A DNA stretch of 64,000 nt from Clostridiales bacterium (GTDB lineage: Bacteria; Bacillota; Sulfobacillia; RBS10-35): assembly GCA_018729555.1 (NCBI GenBank), contig JAHHQG010000027.1, positions 11,705 through 75,704 of the forward strand, in the 5' to 3' direction. Shown here in pieces: positions 51,732 to 60,723 of this stretch. Below the pieces are notes generated by a model that was not told the DNA's origin, did no database searches, and saw only the letters and a program-made list of their open reading frames with translations. A program made the position numbers and the translations under genes. Every line of letters begins with the position of its first letter. Position 1 is the stretch's first letter.

Positions 51732-52019
51732 GGTGAGTTTCCCTTCCCTGGCCTCCAGCTGCTGGGCCCGCCACTCTTCGTAGGCCTCAAGGACGATGTC
51801 CTGAAGGGTCTGGCGGTATTCGGCGGTGATGGGATGGGCCGTGTCGAGGTAGTCCCCCGAAGCGGTGCGGCGGGCCGGCATGGAGATGAAGGGGCCGTGG
51901 GCTCCGTCGATGACCCGCACGTCGTGGACCACAAAGCAATCGTCGAAGGTAACCGATGCCAGCGCCAGCACCCGGCCGTTGCGATTGGACCGGCGGAAAC
52001 GGACGTCGGTGACTTCCAA
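51726..52019 (-). CDS. spoVG: Septation/sporulation protein SpoVG
   Basis: (L)EVTDVRFRRSNRNGRVLALASVTFDDCFVVHDVRVIDGAHGPFISMPARR. TTG 52019 lies 9 nt after AAGGAGG; the track ORF start 52181 is an extension. Confidence 0.9.
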   Translation of the reverse strand: MEVTDVRFRRSNRNGRVLALASVTFDDCFVVHDVRVIDGAHGPFISMPARRTASGDYLDTAHPITAEYRQTLQDIVLEAYEEWRAQQLEAREGKLTS

Positions 52020-52083
52020 CCCTGAGTACCTCCTTGGCCTTCTCTCCATGGCGAGAAGGCCGAGTCCTCCCGCGGTACCCAAG

Positions 52084-53325
52084 TTATTCGCCACGGCCCC
52101 TTCCAAATCCTTCCAACACCAAACCTTCTTCCTTGACGGCATACCCCGCGGAACGCAGGCAGCGCAGGACTTCTTCGGCATGGGAGCGATCCCGGGTTTC
52201 CAGGACCAGGTGCACCACCGCCTCGCCCAAGGCCAGGCCCGCCTGCAGGCGGCGATGCTCCACTCCGATGACGTTAGCCCCCTGGGCGGCTACGTGGGAA
52301 AGAAAGTCCTTGAGGGCTCCGGGGCGATCGGGAAGGACGGTGGTCAGGGGAAGGTAGCGGCCTTCCTGGGCCAAACCGTGGTCGATGATCCGGGCCATCT
52401 GGATGAGGTCCACGTTGCCGCCGCTCACCACCACCGCCGTGGAAGCTGCCGGCGGCACCTCCCCTGCCAGGACGGCCGCCAGGGCCGCCGCACCGGCCCC
52501 CTCCACCACCGCTTTCCCCCGCTCCGCCAGGAGGATCATGGCCCGGGCGATCTCTTCCTCATCCACCAGGACCACGTCGTCCACGTAGCGGCGGATGATG
52601 TCCAAGGTGGTGGAGGAGGGCTTTTTGATGGCCAGCCCGTCGGCGATGGTGCGCACATGGTCCAGCCGGACGGGGCGACCTTCCTTCAAGGAACGGTAGA
52701 TGGCGGACGCCCCCTTGGCCTGCACCCCGATGACCTTCACGGTGGGCTTTTTCTCCTTGATGGCGGTAGCAATTCCGGAAATGAGTCCGCCGCCGCCGAT
52801 GGGCACCACCACCACCTCCACCTCGGGGGCATCCCGGAGGATTTCCAGGCCCACCGTCCCCTGACCCGCCATGATGGAGGGATCGTCGAAGGCGTGGACG
52901 AAGGTGTACCCGTGCTCCCGCTGGAGCTCCAGGGCCTTTTGATAAGCTTCGTCATAAGTTTCGCCGTGGAGAATGGCCTCCGCCCCGTAATCCCGGGTGG
53001 CCATCACCTTGGGGATGGAGGCCAAAAGAGGCATGACAATAGTGGCTTTTACCCCCAGCTCCCTCGCCGCCAGGGCCACCCCCTGGGCATGGTTCCCCGC
53101 TGAGGCCGCCACCACTCCCCGGGCTTTCTCTTCCGGCGACAGGTGGAGGATCTTGTGGTAGGCTCCCCGGATCTTGAAGGAACCGGTCCGCTGCTCGTTT
53201 TCCATCTTCAGGAGGAGGTGGCGCCCTGCCACCCGATCGAGGGAGTGGATATGCCGGAGAGGCGTGGGTCGGATGATGGGCTGGACATCCTCCCACGCCT
53301 TCTCGATGTCCTTAAGGCTGATCAC
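52084..53325 (-). CDS. ilvA: Threonine ammonia-lyase (IlvA, single ACT-like domain form)
   Basis: PLP lysine motif TGSFKIRGA, plus GNHAQGVA and a C-terminal ACT-like domain. The GTG start overlaps the purR 3' end by 14 nt. Confidence 0.9.
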   Translation of the reverse strand: MISLKDIEKAWEDVQPIIRPTPLRHIHSLDRVAGRHLLLKMENEQRTGSFKIRGAYHKILHLSPEEKARGVVAASAGNHAQGVALAARELGVKATIVMPLLASIPKVMATRDYGAEAILHGETYDEAYQKALELQREHGYTFVHAFDDPSIMAGQGTVGLEILRDAPEVEVVVVPIGGGGLISGIATAIKEKKPTVKVIGVQAKGASAIYRSLKEGRPVRLDHVRTIADGLAIKKPSSTTLDIIRRYVDDVVLVDEEEIARAMILLAERGKAVVEGAGAAALAAVLAGEVPPAASTAVVVSGGNVDLIQMARIIDHGLAQEGRYLPLTTVLPDRPGALKDFLSHVAAQGANVIGVEHRRLQAGLALGEAVVHLVLETRDRSHAEEVLRCLRSAGYAVKEEGLVLEGFGRGRGE

Positions 53326-54142
53326 GCTGCCCCTCCTCTTCCAGGAGATGGCCCAGGCGAAGCCGGGGCTTCATCCCTTCCTGCACCTCTTCCAGCCAAA
53401 GGATGGAGACAAAATCCCGGACCACCTTCTCCTCAGGGACGGCCGTGGCCAAGACGACACCCCGCCCCACCACCTCGCAGGAGAACTCCTCCAAAAGCTG
53501 TTCCATCCCCCGCAGGGTACCACCTCCCCGCATGAAATCGTCCACGATGAGCACCCGGGAACCCGGCGGGAGGGCCCGCCGCGCCAGGCTCATGGTTTGG
53601 ATCCGGTCGGAGCTCTGGCTGCGGTAGTGGATGTGGACGGCCGGCCCTTCTGCCGGGCGGCTGGTGCGCCGGGCCAGGACCATCTTCACCCCGAGGGCCC
53701 GGGCCGCAAAGAGGGCGGGGGGCACTCCCCGGGTTTCCACCGTGAGGACATATTCCGGCTCCCGGGAGGCAAAGAGGGAGGCCAGGATCTCCCCGATGCG
53801 CTGGGCCCAAAAGGGGTCGAAGAGGACGTCCTGGAGGTAGAGGAGGCCCCCCGGAAGGACGCGGCTCTCTTGGGAGAGCTCCTGCCGGAGCTCCTCCGCC
53901 CACTGGCGCAAGAGGGAGGAAGGCCTCAGGGGTCGAAACCGCACGCCCCCTGCCGCCCCGGTCCACGTTTCCACCTGACCAGCTCCCACCTCGGCAAAAA
54001 AGCGCTTCAAATCCGCCAGATCGCCACTCAGGGTGGATTTGGGCGTCCCCAGAGGAGCCCTCAGCTCATCGAGGGAAAACCTCCGGCCCGGCTCCGACAC
54101 CAACCGCTGGGTCCAATACGCAAAGCGTTCGCCCCGCTTCAT
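53312..54142 (-). CDS. purR: Pur operon repressor PurR
   Basis: N-terminal winged-helix (MKRGERFAYWTQRLV...). PRT domain ends VLIVDDFMRGGGTLRGM. IQTMSLARRALPPGS matches B. subtilis PurR. Start is ATG 54142. Confidence 0.85.
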   Translation of the reverse strand: MKRGERFAYWTQRLVSEPGRRFSLDELRAPLGTPKSTLSGDLADLKRFFAEVGAGQVETWTGAAGGVRFRPLRPSSLLRQWAEELRQELSQESRVLPGGLLYLQDVLFDPFWAQRIGEILASLFASREPEYVLTVETRGVPPALFAARALGVKMVLARRTSRPAEGPAVHIHYRSQSSDRIQTMSLARRALPPGSRVLIVDDFMRGGGTLRGMEQLLEEFSCEVVGRGVVLATAVPEEKVVRDFVSILWLEEVQEGMKPRLRLGHLLEEEGQRDQP

Positions 54143-54957
54143 CAGGGCTTTTCGCTCCTGCGGAGGTGGTACTGGCGCAGGGCTTCGTAGGTAAAGTCGA
54201 AGCGGCCGCTCTGGGAAAGCCACCGCTCCGCCGCATAGTAATCTTCGGGCTTATCCACATCCACCGCGATGGCCGCCCGCGCCGTGGGAATGGCTCGGGC
54301 CTTGAGGCCCGTGAGGCGGTAGGCTTTGCGCTCCACATCCTGGATGCGAAGGGTACCCAAAAGGGCTTTGACGATGAGGCTCCATCCGAAAAGGGGAGCC
54401 AGCTTTAAGGGCTTTTTCCGCAAGCGATAGACATGGGCCAGGAACGGCCACACCCGCCGCAGGGCTTCCCGGCGGAAGTAGAAGAGGTTCCCGCCGCTGA
54501 AGTGACCTTCCCGCAAGCGGACGTACGTCCGATGGGTGGGCAATAGCGCCTCGCAATCTTCCCGCTTGACGATGGGGTAGCCCACATCCACCTCCAGCTC
54601 CCGGCACCGCCGGATGAAATCGGCGATATCGTCGCCCTGGATCAGGGGGATGTCGGCGGTGGCCACCACCACCTCATCGACGCCGGGAAGGGCTTGAAGG
54701 CCGGCTTCCAGGTTCTCCAGGAGGGATTCCTTAGGCTCCAGGAAGGTGCAGCGCTGGCAGGGGGGTTTTCCGAAGAGGGCGAAGGACGGCCCTACCACCA
54801 CTAGAGGGCTCTCGCCCTGGACTTCGCTGATGGCGTTCAAGACGTACCAGACCATGGGCCGCCCCAGGAAGGGGATGAAGGCCTCCCAGCCGGCGTCGCT
54901 CACCTGCCTCAAGATCCCTTCGTTCTTCCGACCCGCCAGCACCATGAAGCCCAACAT
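54142..54957 (-). CDS. MobA-like NTP-transferase domain protein (nucleotidyltransferase, unknown substrate)
   Basis: The N-terminus MVLAGRKNEG...FIPFLGRPMVWYVL and VVVATADIPLI resemble the NTP_transf_3 fold. The stop overlaps the purR ATG (TGATG). Confidence 0.55.
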   Translation of the reverse strand: MLGFMVLAGRKNEGILRQVSDAGWEAFIPFLGRPMVWYVLNAISEVQGESPLVVVGPSFALFGKPPCQRCTFLEPKESLLENLEAGLQALPGVDEVVVATADIPLIQGDDIADFIRRCRELEVDVGYPIVKREDCEALLPTHRTYVRLREGHFSGGNLFYFRREALRRVWPFLAHVYRLRKKPLKLAPLFGWSLIVKALLGTLRIQDVERKAYRLTGLKARAIPTARAAIAVDVDKPEDYYAAERWLSQSGRFDFTYEALRQYHLRRSEKP

Positions 54958-54959
54958 CC

Positions 54960-55922
54960 TTACCGCCCCCTTCGCCGCTCCGGCGGCCGATGGCCGGGGA
55001 GAAGCTGCCCCGTCTGGGCCCAGGCGCCCATCTGCCGGGTCCGGGCCGCCAAGCGTCCCGCCGCCGCCCCGTCCTCCAGAAGGGCGTAGAGGCCCGGGCC
55101 GCTCCCCGCCACGCCGAAGGCCAGCACAGTTTCATTTTCCAGCAGGGCCAGGTACGGGTCCAGGTCCGGCAGAAGGGACCGCACCGCCGGCTCCAGATCG
55201 TTGAAGCAGAGGGGCCAGACGTCTTCCCAAGACTGCCGCCGCACTTCCTCCATGAAGGTTTGCCATTCCCGCCGGTCCTGGGGCTCGCCGGCCCGCGGCC
55301 CGTACCGCTCCTCCCAGACATCGTAGACCTGGCGGGCGGAAAGGCGAAAGGGAGGCGCCACCAGCACCACCGGCAAGGGGGGCGGCGGCTTCAGCGGCCT
55401 CACCTTTTCACCCCGCCCCAGGCCTTCCACCAACCCCCCCAGAAGAAGGCCCGGCACATCGCTTCCCAGCTCTGCCGCCAGATCCAATAGCTCATCGGTG
55501 GATGGACCCTGGGGCCCCTTCAAAAAGGCCAGCCCCCTCAAGACGGCGGCCGCATCGCTGGAGCCGCTCCCGAATCCGGCTTCCCAGGGAAGCTCCTTAT
55601 GCAGGGTAAGGGCGACTCCATCCCACCCCTGGGGCCTTCCGAAGGCGTCGGAAAAGAGGCGCAAAGCCTTCAGGGCGAGGTTGTCTTCGCCCGCGGGAAG
55701 GCCTTTAGCAAAGGGGCCTTCCACGGCAAGGGAATCGTCTTCCGACGGCGCCAGAATCACCTGATCCGAAAGGCTGACGGTGGCCATCACCGTGGCCACC
55801 CGATGGTAACCCTCCGGCTGGAGGGCCCCCACCGCCAAAGCCAGGTTGATCTTGGCGGGCGCCAGGACCCGCACCGCATCTTCCGCTCTGGTCAGCACGG
55901 TAGCATATCTTTCGACCCTCAC
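54960..55922 (-). CDS. ispE: 4-diphosphocytidyl-2-C-methyl-D-erythritol kinase
   Basis: APAKINLALAV and the GHMP motif GFGSGSSDAAA. The start is uncertain (several in-frame GTGs). Confidence 0.85.
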   Translation of the reverse strand: MRVERYATVLTRAEDAVRVLAPAKINLALAVGALQPEGYHRVATVMATVSLSDQVILAPSEDDSLAVEGPFAKGLPAGEDNLALKALRLFSDAFGRPQGWDGVALTLHKELPWEAGFGSGSSDAAAVLRGLAFLKGPQGPSTDELLDLAAELGSDVPGLLLGGLVEGLGRGEKVRPLKPPPPLPVVLVAPPFRLSARQVYDVWEERYGPRAGEPQDRREWQTFMEEVRRQSWEDVWPLCFNDLEPAVRSLLPDLDPYLALLENETVLAFGVAGSGPGLYALLEDGAAAGRLAARTRQMGAWAQTGQLLPGHRPPERRRGR

Positions 55923-55940
55923 CGCCTGCCTTCCTCCTCC

Positions 55941-58532
55941 TTAAAGAGGGGAGGAGAGGGAAAGGGAGCGGGAAGGAACCGTTCCCTCCAAGATGGCCAG
56001 ATGCGGTTCCAGCTCCTCGTAGAAGAGGACGACCCCGTCGCCGGGCTTGGAACGGTGGAGGGCCCACGCAAAGGCTTCCGTCTCATCCAGGAGGACGGTG
56101 ATGGCCGAGGATGGATATCCGGCCCTGAGGGCCCCTTCCACCAGGAGCCGGGCCACCTCTCCCCGGGACCTTCCCCTGAGATCCCGGTCCTCCTTGATGA
56201 CCAGGCGGTGGCAGTAGCGGGCGGCTGTGGCACCGGCCTCCCGGATCCAGTCATCGCCCCGGTCCCCGGGGACTCCGATCACCCCCCAGATCTGGCCCAG
56301 GGGCTCCCCTTTGAGGTGGGAGAACACCTCTTCCCACGCATCGGGGTTGTGGCCGTAATCCAGGAGGACGGTCCGCCCCTGCCAGCGGAACCGCTGGAAG
56401 CGCCCCCGGTTCATGGCGGGGGTGAAGGACATGAGCCCGGTTAGGGCATCTTCCAGGGGGACGCCCAGGGCCAGGGCCGCCGCCAGGGCACCTTGGACAT
56501 TGCGGATCTGGAAGGCAGGAGGCCGTTCCCCCAAAAGGGGGAGGTGTTCCAGGGGCAGAGTCGCTTGAGACCGGCCTTCTTCCGCCACCCAGAGCCGGCC
56601 GTCCTTCACCCCCACGTAAAGGTCGGGGAGGGGCCGGCGGGGCCTATCTCCCAAGCCGAACCGGGCGATCCTTCGCCGGCGCCGCTGCCCCTCTTCCATC
56701 TCCGCCAGCAGGGGATCGTCATCCCGCAAGACCAGCCAGCCTTCATCTTCCACCACATCGGCGAGGAGGCTCTTAACCCAGAGGAGATCCCGCAGGGTCT
56801 GAATCCCCTCCTGCCCCAGGTGGTCCCGGCCGATGCCCGTGAAGAGGCTCAGGCGGCACCGATCGAAGGCGAGGCCACCCCGAAGGATCCCACCCCGGGC
56901 CGTCTCCAGCACCGCCGCTTCCACGCGGGGATCGGAGAGGAGGCGCCGGGCACTCTCGGGACCGGTGGTATCCCCTTCCCAGATGACCTCCTGGCCGATC
57001 ATCACGCCCCCGGTGGCTGCCAGGCCTACGGTGAGGCCCGTCTGCCGCCACAGATGGGCCAGGAGGCGGGCCGTGGTGGTCTTGCCGTTGGTCCCCGTGA
57101 TGGCGGCGATGGGGATGCGCCCCGACCCTCCCCCCATGACGTGGCGGACGATATCCACTCCCACGGGGCGGGGACGGCCTTCGTCGGGGTCCAGGTGCAT
57201 GCGAAGACCCGGCGAAGCGTTCACTTCCAGGAGGACCCCCTCGGGGGAAGCGGGGGAAGGAGCCAGAAGATCTACCCCGGCGATATCTAGCCCCACCGCC
57301 AAGGCCGCCTCCTCCGCCAGGCGGAGGAGGGACGGGTGGATCTCATCGGTGACGTCCCGGGCAGTCCCGCCGGTGGAGAGGTTGGCGGTAAAGCGCAGGG
57401 CCACCACCTGCCCCGGCCCCGGCACCGAGTCCCACGTCAAGCCCTGGGCCGAAAGGGCCTGGGCCGCCTGGTCATCCATGGGGATAAGCGAAAGGGGACG
57501 TCCGTGGCCGTCGCCCCTCCGCGGACGGCCGTTTTCCTCTTCCACCAGCTGGCGGACGGTACGGCGGCCGTCTCCCACCACCCTTGGGGGCAACCGCTGG
57601 GCGGCCGCCCGGGCTTTGCCCCCCACCACCAGGATGCGAAAGGTGGCACCCTCCACGTAGCGCTCCACCAAGAGAGGCCAGCCTTCCCGGGCTGCTACGG
57701 CCACCGCCTCTTGCAGCTGGGCTTCCGAGAAGACGGGTCCGCTGACGCCCCGTCCCTGGCGGCCCAGGGCCGGTTTCACCAGGACCGGCGCTCCCAATCG
57801 GAAGAAGGCCTGAAGGGCCTCCTCAGGGGTAGAGGCCAAGAACCCTTCGACGACGGGGAGCCCCCACGCATTCCAGCGCTCCTTCGTCCAATGCTTATGG
57901 CCGGCCAAATCCACCGCCACCGCTGAAGACGTATCGCCCACGGTGCCCCAAAGGCGCCTCCGGTAGATCCCGTGGCCCAGCTCGAGAAGGCTTCCCCCCA
58001 GCCGCCGCACGGGAATCCCCGCCTGGCGGGCCGCCTCGTAGAGGGCGCGGGTGCTGGGACCCAGGGCCAGCTCCTCTGCCGCCTTCCGGAACGCCTCGCG
58101 GCAGGCGGCCGCCCGTCCCTGGTCACCCGAGAGAAGAGCCTCCACCAGGGCCACCGCCTGGCGGCCCGCCGCCTCCCCCACCCCTTCATCGCCGTGCTCG
58201 AAGATGATGCGAAAGTTATCGCCCTCCAGCTGCCGGGTGCGGCCGAACCGCACGTCATACCCCGCCTCTACCTGCAGCTCCAAGGCCACATGCTCCACCA
58301 CATGGCCCAGCCAGGTCCCCTCCCGCAGGCGCTCCACAAATCCGCCGGGATAGCCGCGGCTGCAGTGGTGCTGGCCAAGCCCCGGCAAAAGGTCCAGGAG
58401 CTTTTTGTGAAACCCTGGAAATTCCCGGGATTCGCGGCCATAGAGATCCTCCAGCGCCAGGTCCATGGCCACCACCGGGCGGAGGCACCAGACGTTGGGT
58501 CCGGCATAGGCGGCTAGGCGCTGGATCTTCAC
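55941..58532 (-). CDS. cphA: Cyanophycin synthetase
   Basis: (V)KIQRLAAYAGPNVW N-domain, central ATP-grasp, and C-terminal Mur-ligase-like domain with AITGTNGKTTT. GTG 58532 follows GAAGGAG and forms a GTGA overlap with the cphB stop. Confidence 0.9.
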   Translation of the reverse strand: MKIQRLAAYAGPNVWCLRPVVAMDLALEDLYGRESREFPGFHKKLLDLLPGLGQHHCSRGYPGGFVERLREGTWLGHVVEHVALELQVEAGYDVRFGRTRQLEGDNFRIIFEHGDEGVGEAAGRQAVALVEALLSGDQGRAAACREAFRKAAEELALGPSTRALYEAARQAGIPVRRLGGSLLELGHGIYRRRLWGTVGDTSSAVAVDLAGHKHWTKERWNAWGLPVVEGFLASTPEEALQAFFRLGAPVLVKPALGRQGRGVSGPVFSEAQLQEAVAVAAREGWPLLVERYVEGATFRILVVGGKARAAAQRLPPRVVGDGRRTVRQLVEEENGRPRRGDGHGRPLSLIPMDDQAAQALSAQGLTWDSVPGPGQVVALRFTANLSTGGTARDVTDEIHPSLLRLAEEAALAVGLDIAGVDLLAPSPASPEGVLLEVNASPGLRMHLDPDEGRPRPVGVDIVRHVMGGGSGRIPIAAITGTNGKTTTARLLAHLWRQTGLTVGLAATGGVMIGQEVIWEGDTTGPESARRLLSDPRVEAAVLETARGGILRGGLAFDRCRLSLFTGIGRDHLGQEGIQTLRDLLWVKSLLADVVEDEGWLVLRDDDPLLAEMEEGQRRRRRIARFGLGDRPRRPLPDLYVGVKDGRLWVAEEGRSQATLPLEHLPLLGERPPAFQIRNVQGALAAALALGVPLEDALTGLMSFTPAMNRGRFQRFRWQGRTVLLDYGHNPDAWEEVFSHLKGEPLGQIWGVIGVPGDRGDDWIREAGATAARYCHRLVIKEDRDLRGRSRGEVARLLVEGALRAGYPSSAITVLLDETEAFAWALHRSKPGDGVVLFYEELEPHLAILEGTVPSRSLSLSSPL

Positions 58533-59329
58533 AGCTTCTTCTCCTTCGGCCGGCGGTCGGCCAGATGAAACCCGTAGCCGGCCGAGAGGACGTGGAGGGT
58601 GGCCCCCCACAGGGTTAGGGGTTCCTCCGGCCCCAGCTCCGATACGTTACTCATCTCCAAGGTGCGCCCGTCCACCACCACCACGGTCCCTTCCCCCACC
58701 ACGTCGCCCTCATCCCCCCGGATGACCAGGGCGGTATTCTCATCGATCCCGATGCCCAAAAGGGCGGGATTCTGGGCCACGGCGCTCAGGAGGCGGCCCA
58801 TGCGGCCCCGCTGGGCGAAATGTTGATCCACCACGGCTTCCGGGATAAATCCCAGCCCGGGAGACAAGCGGATGGCCTCCAGGGCCGGTGCGGCCCTCTC
58901 TTTTCCGCCGACGATCATGACGGCGCTCATGGCGGAGGCGCCGGCGCTGGTGCCGGCCACCACCGCCCCTTCCCGAAAGCGCTGCAGGATGACCTGGTGG
59001 GCGGGGGTTCCTCCCAAGAGGCTGGTGATCCGCAGCTGATCCCCGCCCGTGAAGTAAAAACCCTGGCAGGCCTTGAGGCGCGCCAGGGTGCCCGGATCCC
59101 ATGCCAAGGAGCGTTGGGCCAGGGAGAAAAAATGGAGCTCCAGCCTCCAGGGGGCAAAAGCTTCCCGGTAAAGGGCTTCGGCCTTTTGGGGGTGCTCCGT
59201 CGCCACCGCCAGCACCGCCACCGGTGCCCCTTCGCCGCCCAGGGCGTCCACAAATTGCTGCAGGATCTGTCGCTTCCCGCGGATGTCTTCATGCCCGCCG
59301 ATGATGATCAGCACGCCCTTGTGCGCCAC
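58529..59329 (-). CDS. cphB: Cyanophycinase (peptidase S51)
   Basis: IIIGGHED, FTGGDQLRI, and the nucleophile motif AGTSAGASAM. Confidence 0.85.
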   Translation of the reverse strand: MAHKGVLIIIGGHEDIRGKRQILQQFVDALGGEGAPVAVLAVATEHPQKAEALYREAFAPWRLELHFFSLAQRSLAWDPGTLARLKACQGFYFTGGDQLRITSLLGGTPAHQVILQRFREGAVVAGTSAGASAMSAVMIVGGKERAAPALEAIRLSPGLGFIPEAVVDQHFAQRGRMGRLLSAVAQNPALLGIGIDENTALVIRGDEGDVVGEGTVVVVDGRTLEMSNVSELGPEEPLTLWGATLHVLSAGYGFHLADRRPKEKKL

Positions 59330-59362
59330 GCCTTTACTATGTCCCCGGAGGCGCCAGGGTCA

Positions 59363-59392
59363 TACAAAAGCATCGGCCTTCGGCCGATGCCC
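59363..59392 (-). terminator. Rho-independent terminator of veg
   Basis: Minus strand GGGCATCGGCC-GAA-GGCCGATGC followed by TTTTGTAT. Confidence 0.65.
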
Positions 59393-59421
59393 GAGAGAAG
59401 CGGTCTTGCAACTGCCATCGG

Positions 59422-59688
59422 TCAGTCGTCGGAGGATGCAGGGAGGGAATCGACAGGGGTGAGCTGCACCGCGTCCATGAGGATGTCAGCGTACGAATAG
59501 CTGACCCGACGGTTTTGCTGGGACTCGTCCAACCGGATGACGAAATGGTTGGGGTAAATCTGCTCCAGCGTGCCCTCGCACTCCACGATCTTCCGGCGCC
59601 CGGGATTGGCTCGCACGTGCACTCGCTGGCCGAGGAGGCTCTCGATGCGGGATCGGATCGGGGCCAGCCCATTGGGTTCTGCTGCCAT
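59422..59688 (-). CDS. veg: Veg protein
   Basis: IRSRIESLLGQRVHVRANPGRRKIVECEGTLEQIYPNHFVIRL...RVSYSYADIL matches the Veg family. Confidence 0.85.
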   Translation of the reverse strand: MAAEPNGLAPIRSRIESLLGQRVHVRANPGRRKIVECEGTLEQIYPNHFVIRLDESQQNRRVSYSYADILMDAVQLTPVDSLPASSDD

Positions 59689-59758
59689 CGCTCCACCCCC
59701 AAAGGCAGGTTCTGCACAAAAGTTTACCGGAACGTATGGAGGAAGTCAAAAAAGAGGC

Positions 59759-59787
59759 AGTATACGGGGAAACGGTGCCGTTGTCAA
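59759..59787 (-). promoter_or_regulatory. Consensus-like sigma-A promoter of veg
   Basis: Minus strand TTGACA - 17 nt - TATACT. The -35 overlaps the stop codon of the upstream fusion gene. Confidence 0.6.
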
Positions 59788-60722
59788 CGCAAGGACGGGC
59801 GCGCCAGGAGGGGAGCCAGGGCGGCCCAAAGGGCCGGTTGCCAGGCGGCCTCCCGCGTCACCAGCCCGCGGGTGGCAAAAGCCATGGCTCCGCCCTTTTC
59901 CCCGGACCGTTCCGTCCCCCAGAGACGGTCGATAACCTCCTCGAGGTTTTCTCCCGCCCGCACCCGCCCGGCCACGTCGTCGGGGAGGGGCACTTCCACC
60001 GTGCGGCCCCAAGAGGTGGTTCCGTCGGCTGACACCGCCACGCACCAGCCCACCACCGAGACCCGGCCGCGGCGCTCCACCAGCCCCGATTCCAGCCCCA
60101 GGCCCAGATGGCCCTGGCCCTTTTGGAGGGCCTCTTGAGCCCTTACGAAAGCCCCTTCGAAGATGGCGTCATCGCCCCAGGGCTGGGGATGGGGCCCCTC
60201 GACGGGAAGGGTCTCCAAGCGGATGGTTTCCCCGGCCCGCCAGAAGGCCTCCCACACCGCCTGGCGCTTTCCGGGATTGGCTGAGCCCAAAACCACGTGG
60301 AGGGGAACGTCTTCCCCCGCTCCCAAAAAGGCCTCCAGATAGGTGCGCATGGCGGGGGTCAGAGGGGCCGGCTGGCCGCCGACTCCCATGTGAACTGTCA
60401 CATCGTCCCCTTCCGCCACCCGATGGCCGGCAGCGTCAAAGAGACGATGGACAAAGTGGAGGCTGCTGCGGCCGATGGCTTTCAAATAGGTCTCCAGGTA
60501 AACCTTCTGGCCCAGCCGCACCGGCTTTCGGTACTCACAGGTGGCTTTGGCTATGGCGAAGCGGTGAATGTCGGTCTCCTTCTCCAGGTCCAGGCCCAGG
60601 GCCTGCCGGAGGACCTCCATGCGGCCCATCTCAAAGAGGCTGAAATATTCCCCGTAGTACATCACGCCCTGGGCATCGGTGTCACGAAAGCGAACGGTGT
60701 ATTCCAAACGCGCCTTTCGCAT
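59784..60722 (-). CDS. Fusion protein: 4HBT/YbgC-type acyl-CoA thioesterase + DUF84 (YjjX-type ITP/XTP NTPase)
   Basis: N-terminal half: YTVRFRDTDAQGVMYYGEYF hotdog thioesterase motif. C-terminal half: VVLGSANPGKRQAVWEAF, PQPWGDDAIFEGAFVRAQ and GLGLESGL, as in the DUF84 NTPase family. Confidence 0.7.
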   Translation of the reverse strand: MRKARLEYTVRFRDTDAQGVMYYGEYFSLFEMGRMEVLRQALGLDLEKETDIHRFAIAKATCEYRKPVRLGQKVYLETYLKAIGRSSLHFVHRLFDAAGHRVAEGDDVTVHMGVGGQPAPLTPAMRTYLEAFLGAGEDVPLHVVLGSANPGKRQAVWEAFWRAGETIRLETLPVEGPHPQPWGDDAIFEGAFVRAQEALQKGQGHLGLGLESGLVERRGRVSVVGWCVAVSADGTTSWGRTVEVPLPDDVAGRVRAGENLEEVIDRLWGTERSGEKGGAMAFATRGLVTREAAWQPALWAALAPLLARPSLR

Positions 60723-60723
60723 G

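Noticed and set aside
51865-53103. 412-aa plus-strand ORF
   Set aside because: It is antisense to ilvA (PLP motif SFKIRGA on the minus strand) and has no motifs of its own.
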